This document shows positions 55,864 to 64,000 of a DNA stretch of 64,000 nucleotides, in pieces. Below the pieces are notes generated by a model. That model was not told the origin of the DNA. It did not search any database and was given only the letters and a program-made list of their open reading frames with translations. The DNA is from the human T2T-CHM13v2.0 reference genome, Homo sapiens. The position numbers were made by a program, and so were the translations under genes. How positions within the stretch are numbered: position 1 is the stretch's first letter; the number at the start of each line of letters is the position of its first letter. Where the stretch lies: assembly GCF_009914755.1 (NCBI RefSeq), contig NC_060930.1; one strand, given 5' to 3'.

Positions 55864-58800
55864 CACTATATATTTCTTATGTCAAAAAAATCTTTATCTT
55901 GAAAAGTTGTGGAAAAAAGCAACAAGCAAATTATTATTTTTCTCTCTTTATGGGTAACTAAACCAGAAGTTTAAGAAGACAGAATATGCTTTGCTTCGTA
56001 AACTGTGTTTGCTGGCCCTTTATCCTGTAGTGGCAGGGGAGCAGGGTGAGGAGCATCAGGCATGTGAACCACGCCTTCCTGGTCAGCCAGTTTCTGTGCC
56101 ATTGGTGAGCCTGTGTGATAGTGGAAGTCTAGGCTAAGTGACTTACCAACATTCACAGCTAGTTAGTTTTAGAAAGGCTTAGAGTTTAGTTTTGGCATTA
56201 CTGTCAATTATCCACATCTCTCTTCTTACAGATGAAAAAACTAGAGACTGTCAGTGTTTTAAAATTATGGCCTATAATGTGCTAGAAGGATCAGGGCAAA
56301 GGTGTGTTCTGAGGACTAGGGGAGCCCAAACAAAATCAGTGTTTCTATTAGGAAGGAAGGAAAGAACAGCAATTGAATTGGCAGTCAAATTATGTTTAAC
56401 ACCCTTGTCTGGAAACCCACCGAAAACAGCAAATGGAAAAATTCCTTCTTCAGAGAAGGAGGAAATTGGCCACAATATCCTTTCCCATACCCTTCCAAAA
56501 ATAAAAAGACTTAGAATTATTCGCCTTGAAATGTAAACTAAAATGAAGGTAAACCCAAGCTCTAAATACTTGTCCGCCTTAGGCCCAGAAGGCCCACCCA
56601 GAGATTAACTAGAGCCTTGATATCTAGGGGTGTGACAGCCATGACCGAAGCTGAGCCTGTCTCTCCAGGGATTCTGTTGTTGACTGAAGAGCTGCCCGAC
56701 AGAAGGAGCGCGAGCTATACCGCAGCCTTCTCTGGTTGTCAGGAAGACTGCCGAATGGGAGCTCTCTTAGCAGGGGGAGGGGAAGCAGTGATTAGCAAGT
56801 TATGATGCAGAAATTCTGTGACCTTGGGGGCTTTACTCTGCGTTAGGACATCCACTGTACTCGAAAAACTGAGACACTTAAGCATGTAGGTCAAAGGAAG
56901 TAACTTGGTGAGCATTTGGAACATCAAATCTAAATCAAAGCTGTGAATTGTTATCTCATTTCCTGGGTCCCTGGCCTCAGAAGTAACCAAGACAATAAAC
57001 ATAATAATACATGATGTAGGAACATGTGACAGCCTTAAGGAAACCACTTAAAAAGATTTATAAGGATTGAAAATATGAAAATGATAGGCGAGATGTGGTA
57101 GTTGTAGAAGAGACACAAGAGAGCTCACATGTACACAATTTGAGTTTCTGCAGAAGAACAAAGAGCAAAGAAGCAGGGAAGCTCTTAAGTTTTCATCCTA
57201 CAGATAATTATTGGGTATCCACTGTGTGCCAGGCAGGCACCATGCGGGGACCAAGGAACTAGTGCCGAACGTAAACTCCCTCTTAGAGTTTAAGAATAGG
57301 GGGGTCCATGGTGATTGTAGAACCATGTGAACAAGACTACAGCTGAGAAAAATGCCCTCAGGAAAGGCACAGGTCTTTTGTGGACTGGTTAATTCGATTC
57401 AACTTTTTGTGGAGGTCAGGCTTCTCTGAGGGGGGAGCATTGCAACTTATCGGAAATTTATATACATTATAATCCAGTTTAGGTAACAGATGAAAAACGT
57501 AGACCAAACAATACTATATATTGTAGTTTCTGTAATAAGAGATTGTTTTAAAAAGCGTATAGACTAGAAGGAAATGTGCTCAGTTCATGATCATTGTTGC
57601 CTCTGGGGAGGGAGGAAAGAGATAGAAGTGAAGAGAGAACAAAGGAGAAACTAACTTTCTGGTACCTTATTTCTTATTGAAAAAAACATCTACATGTACC
57701 CCGGAACTTAAAATAAAAATTAAAGAAAAATCAACAAGAACATATCTAAAGCAAATATGACAAAATACTAACATTTGTTTATTCTGGGTGATACTTGTAG
57801 AATACTTTTTAGAATTTTTTTAGCCTCTTTGCTTTTTAACTTATAAAGAGAGGGATCAAGAGAAGCCCCTTTTTGGTAGCAGGTGCGGTCCGCTTGGGAA
57901 AGGAGCCTGGCAAGAGCAAGGCACCGCAGGCAGCCTGTGGGGGCTCCAGCTGCAGGTGGAGAGTAGGCTGGGGGTCCAGAGCAGATGTGAGAGGAACAGT
58001 TCAAGGCCATTCCAGGAATGCACATGCAAGTCCTTGGATTAGAGGGGGTAACATACATTCAGAAAGAAGTATAAGGATTCAAAGGAAACGTAGGCAGTGA
58101 AATGGCAGGACTCGGGTGGATCAAATGTGAACAAGGTGTTGGGAGTGACTGTGGGTGTCCAGCTCCTGCAGCTGTGTGAGTGGTGAAGATGTGAGTCCGG
58201 TGAGGAGTTTTAAATTGGGCTGAGGGCATTTGAAAGCCCTCAGGCTTGACTTTGCAAACTAAGGGAAAGAGATGGGAAAAAAATATATATATGTATTAAT
58301 ATGTATATACGAGAAAAGGGTGAGGTTCCTCAGACTTCTGGAGGAGATGGGTCTCAAACTCAAAGCACAAGCTTTGGGATTAGGAGGAACAGTAGTTCCT
58401 CTGCTATAAAGAAGGGAGGAAGAGAGGATGTAACCCTGTAGGTTTGCATGTTTGGGACCAGGAAGATTTTATACCAAATGACTTCTATTTTTGTGTGGAG
58501 AGGTAGAGATCATCTGCTGAGAATGGGTGGTGGTGGGTATTGGCAGTTGGAGGAAAATGGGGAAGTTTCAAACTGGTGGCTCTAGACAGAAGGAAAGTGA
58601 GCTAAGTAGAGATAGAAATATGACTCCCAGAAATGTTATGTGGCTGGTGATTATGACTAGTCCCCCCAGCTCCTTGAGTGTGGGCAGGGGGAATGGGATG
58701 GTTAGGCTTAAGCCAGCTTTGGGGTCTTGACCAACAGGTGAGATGAAAAGACAGTAAGGGGCTGCAGGGTGCAGGCAGCAGCGGGGACGCCAGCATGCTG

Positions 58801-59338
58801 ATAGCAGTGCAGTTGAAAGGATAAGCCCATGGGATCTGAACTGAAGCCAGAGGAAAGCGAACAAAGGAAGGGGTTGTGAGTTGCAGAAAGATGAGCAGTC
58901 AGTGGACTGGGTTCCAGACAGGGCTAAAACAAGTTGCAGTGGTAGTGGTTGAACAAATCTCCTGGAAGGAGGAGAGGGGGCTTTATTATCAGGTGTTTGA
59001 ACTGGTGATTTGGGGGTTGGAGCAGTTCTGGCAATGACAAGATCCAAGGTGGAACCCCATCAAAAGTGGAGAAAGGGCCACTGGAGATGGAGGCAGTCAG
59101 GAAGCTGGACTGAAGAAGTGTTCGGTGGGTTTTCCGCATGATGCTAAGCCACGGCAGGGTGGCCGAGCCCGAGATGGAGGAAAGACTGTTAGATGAAGGC
59201 CGATTAGAAGTCCATAGGTGACAGTCTGAAGAGGGGGCCAGTGGTGTGGCTGATGACGTAAATCTTAAAGGGGCAGGGTCTTTTGTTTTGCTTTCTAAAG
59301 AAGAATATATACAAATTATGGTTTAAAAGGAGCAGTTG

Positions 59339-60170
<832 letters not shown>

Positions 60171-61292
60171 TCATAACAGACCCAGAACTTCAGAGTCACA
60201 CCACACACCTGGAGGATGGAGGACTCAGACACAGTGAACGATACAGCAGAAGAGAGTTGTCTTGAGATAAAGAATAGACTTCAGATTTGCCTACTGAAAG
60301 TTATTACTAGATCTCAGAAAAATATCTTTCCCAACAATGAAGTCTGAGATGTAGCCTGGTGAAAACACTGAAACCTAGGATAGAGAAAGGAATCCTGTAA
60401 ACATCTGAGTGTGGACACCCGAGTGTAGTCACCTTCAGGATGTGGGAGAGCAGTGGTGGGTGGGCGCTCAGGTTGGCGACAGACTGCTTCACGCTGAGTC
60501 ACACTCGGGGTTGGAAGGGAGTGGAGTGATGTCTGAAAAGTTCCGAGAGAGAATGTGTGACTCAAATATCTCCTACCCCGTCAAGCTATTCTTTTAAGTA
60601 AAGGAGTCCATAGACAGGGTTGTTCTAGAAGGTGGCCATTGCAAACCTGTTGAGAAAAACTGCTTGATAGTTGAACCCTGCTGACCACGGGATAAATCCA
60701 AAGGAGGATTTAAGAACGGGAAAGCTGTTGTAATAGGACTTGTGGTGGGCATAAATCCCACTTCAGAACAACTGGATATTTTGGTTTTAGATCATCATTT
60801 ATATGTTGCAAGCCTTGAAAACATTTTATCACGCAAATCCGGATGTTAGGAAGGGGTGGTGCGAAGAAGGGTGTTGACGTCCTCCTCTCTGCACATAAGG
60901 CACCATTTCAAGCTAAAGTAGGTCATTAAGTGAAGATCCTAACCTCTTAAAGGAATAATGTTGACAGTACATTCATAATGAAAAGTTCTGGGTACTGTTC
61001 TTTTGATTTTTTCCCCTTTATTGTAGATTGTGAACATTTTTGTTGTTAGGATTTTGAAGGGGTTGTCAATAATATGTTAAATTGCTGGGGAGTTAGTTTT
61101 GTGATTTTTTAAAAAATCCTCATTTAGACCTCAGCTAACAGTGGTGAGAACCTTGCTTCTGTCGGTGCTGCGTGCCTGTGACAGCCCCCGGCCCGCCCCC
61201 ACTTTACCCTGCTGATGTGTAGCTTTCAGGTGAGAGCGCTGAGTTGCCAAGTTCTACTTTCAAATGTCTCCCTTTACTTTTTGTGTTTTAAG

Positions 61293-61450
61293 GTGTATTT
61301 TGATTACATGAGAAGCTGGATCCAAATGCTACAGCAATTACCTCAAGTATCGCATAGTTTAAAAAATCTGTTAGAAGAAGAATGGAATTTCACCAAAGAA
61401 ATAACTCATTACATACGGGGAGGAGAAGCACAGGCCGGGAAGCTTTTCTG
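61293..61450 (+). CDS. MAP3K4: MAP3K4 exon 6 (158 nt; VYFDYMRSWIQ...EAQAGKLF(C), ~aa 700-752)
   Basis: Pyrimidine tract + ttaAG|GTG acceptor and donor CTG|GTAGGA; continues the frame from exon 5. Confidence 0.96.
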
Positions 61451-61600
61451 GTAGGAATCCTTGTGCTTCTGAATGCGACGCTCCCACCTTCTCACTCTCA
61501 CACCATTTACTCACTGATTCTCTCCTATGTGTTTGTATGTTTAGTTACATGAAAATTGCAGTTATCCATATCTCATATGTGCACCCTCTTCCAAGTTTTG

Positions 61601-61808
61601 AGTGGTGTTTCTCAGTCAGGGGTGATTTTTTCCCCTTGGGGACATTGGGCAGTATCTGGAGACACTTGATGGTCATGACTGGGAAGATGCTCCTGGCAGC
61701 GAGTGGGCGGGGGGAGGGAGGCTGCCGCACATTCACGGCACACAGAACAGCCCCACAACAGAATTATCCACTCAGATGTCAGCTTTGAACTTGAGAACTT
61801 CTGCCCTA
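61601..61808. mobile_element. MER20 (hAT-Charlie)
   Basis: ttctcagtcaggggtgatttt...ggggacattgggcagtatctggagaca...cagccccacaacagaattatcc. Confidence 0.8.
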
Positions 61809-63039
61809 GAATAAACTCTTTTTCCCCCTAATAAAAGGAAGGAGATTGTAAGTCCTTCAAGAGTAGAATATACCCGCGTATATCAGTCTTGGTGGGGACA
61901 TGCAGAACTTAAGAAGTATTTTAAGCATTTTTACTGCCACTGTTTGGGGAATGTAGTGCTCATCACAGACTCTCTTTATGAATTGGGTGTATATAGGGTG
62001 AAGGAATAGAAGTGTAAACAAGGGGGAATCATGAAGAGAGCAGTGCAGAGTCGCAGGGCTGGTCTGTCAGTTCTAGGAAATGAACATCTTGCATGCAAGC
62101 TTGGGATCGCTGGGCACAGGCCGCGTCTCCGTGGTCTTTGCTGGTGGCCACTGCACCTCGGACTTGCTTTGGCTCAGATGAGGATCAGTGTCCTTCTGTG
62201 CTTTAGATTCTGCTGCTGTCTTTTGGCACCACCTTCTCCCACTTGTCTCATCAGGCATTTTATTTTTTCTGTATCCCTTTTATAAAGTCTCATTCATAAG
62301 AGCATGCCTATTCTAGTCCTAGACCCCATTGCATTTTGTCTCTTGTATTAGAGCAGCAGCTTCTGCTGCCTACCCTGTCTCCTGGTCCCGTCAGCGTGAC
62401 TTCTGCAGGACTCTAGCTTTAGCTTTGTTCTTGACTCTGCCGATTTCTCCTATGTTCAGTCTCGGAATCTCGTATCCACTTCTCTGTTCTAATGGCCAGT
62501 TCTTTTTACATCCTCTCTCTTTATTTGGAGTGGACAGTGAACTTGCTCTCCTCTCATAACTCCATCCGTCAGGCTGTGATCCCCAGGCTGTCTTTGCTTG
62601 TCTGTTCAGCTTGGTGCCCATAGTCAGCCTTTTTAAAAAAGGCATTCATTGTCATTTGCAACATGTCTCCCCCCTTACTTTTCCATGATTCTGCTTTGCC
62701 TAATTCCTTCTGTTTGCATTTTCTGTTTCCAACCTGTCAAGCTTTGTTGAAGAAATGTTTTTAAAGGTTACTCTTTAGTTTCACTACAAATTCATGTTGT
62801 TTAGTGTCACTGTACCCTCACTTCCTCTTGTCAGTCTTTGTGTTTCTATCTTTGCTTGTCCTTCAAATTCCCTAGAGTGCAGTCTCTGGCCTTTGCTTTC
62901 ATGATCCTCGCCCTGAGAAGCTCCAGGGCTTTTTCATTCCCCCTTCTTGTGAACAGTCCACTTTTATTCTAGTTCTGGACTCCACTGCATTTTATCTGTT
63001 GTATTAGAGCAGCAGCTCCGGCTTCAAACACTGTTTCTC

Positions 63040-63815
63040 CCAGGGTCAGTCGGTGTTGGAATCAGCGCTGACTCCTTTGTTTCCTGCACACACTACCTCG
63101 ACTCTTTTTGGGTGCCCTTTGAGGGTATATCCAGAATCTGACCTCTGCCTCTCAAGCACTCCACACTTCCACTCTTCCCAGGTTGTCATTTCTCACGTAT
63201 GTTATTGCAGTAGCTCTCTAAACAGTCTCCCTACTTCTGCCTGAAGCCTCCTAGAGTTTATTCTCAACACCACAGCCTGAATGGTCTGGTTAAAGTGTAT
63301 GTTAGACCATTGTCTTCTCTCAATTTCCCAGTGGCTCCCCATCTTACTCAGGAAACGTAAGACTGCCTAACAATGGCCCGCAAGGCCTGACATGGTCCTA
63401 TTTCTCATTACGTCTTTGTCCTCCTTCTAGACCCTCCTGTCCTGTGCTCGCTTCCCAGCCACAGTGGCTTCCTCACTGTCTCGGGCCAGGCATGTTCCAG
63501 CCTTAGGCCCTTTTCACCAGCTGGCCCCTCTGCATGGAGTGCTCTTCCTCCCAGTTATTTTCATGACTTGTTTCCCCACTTCCTTCAGGTCTTTATCCAG
63601 ATGTTACCTTCTCGGTATATTTAAGATGGAAATTCCTACCCACAACTCCTTAGCTTTTTTCTCTGTTCCTTTTCTCCATAGCACTTACCAATAACCTGAA
63701 ATACATTTCACATTTTTGTTTTATTTATTGTGTTTCTCCATCCACTGGAGGGCTTTTACTGGTTTTGTTTGCTGCTGCTTAGTACGTAATAGGCACTCAA
63801 TATTTGTTGAATAAG
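63040..63815. mobile_element. L2 LINE 3' region
   Basis: tatatccagaatctgacc, ttattgcagtagc, cagtggctccccatcttactcag and a terminal taggcactcaatatttgttgaataa. Confidence 0.75.
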
Positions 63816-64000
63816 TACATTCTAGTATTTTTGTATAATGTTCTTTAAAAGCATTGTTTCCAATCAGACCCCTTTCCCAATCAGATATTTTAAAATTTAC
63901 TCTCTTTGCTTATCAAACGCCAAACTAATGAGCATGACATCCATTGCCCTCCACAGCATGGCCGCAGGACTTTCCCCTGTCCCTTTGTAGCCTAAATACC

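Noticed and set aside
56765-56785. CTCF-like motif ttagcagggggagg (also cccactagagg near 31020)
   Set aside because: Only partial matches to the consensus; not supportable without ChIP data.
58568-59047. 159-aa minus-strand ORF, the longest non-exonic ORF
   Set aside because: Non-ATG start, no recognisable domain, and it lies in purine-rich, probably L2-derived DNA.
63444-63463. gtgctcgcttc, matching the U6 snRNA 5' end
   Set aside because: Only 11 nt match, inside an L2 remnant, and the rest of U6 is absent.

Overview
Human (primate) genomic DNA from inside the MAP3K4 (MEKK4/MTK1) gene, transcribed on the + strand. The window covers the 3' part of intron 1, coding exons 2-6 (about aa 51-752, numbering from my recall of the reference protein) and the start of intron 6. 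It contains no promoter, first exon or kinase domain. All five exons have AG/GT boundaries and join in frame. The rest is intron filled with Alu, old L1/L2, MaLR/ERV LTR and DNA-transposon (MER2, Tigger4a, MER20, MER102) remnants and microsatellites. There are no prokaryotic-type systems or RNA genes. The main result is that the 1364-nt exon 3, if back-spliced, forms a circle whose ORF goes once around and stops at a TGA overlapping its own ATG, giving exactly 455 aa. This matches the reported circMAP3K4-455aa peptide, so it is a known system recoverable from the sequence rather than a new one. The exon is flanked by inverted Alu and Tigger4a copies. Possibly undescribed candidates are a 491-aa exon 2-3 circle product, an in-frame Alu-overlapping cassette exon in intron 1, an in-frame alternative acceptor before exon 6, an apparent A718V coding difference, and AP-1/NF-kB/STAT motif clusters. 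Repeat subfamily names and boundaries were assigned by eye and are approximate.
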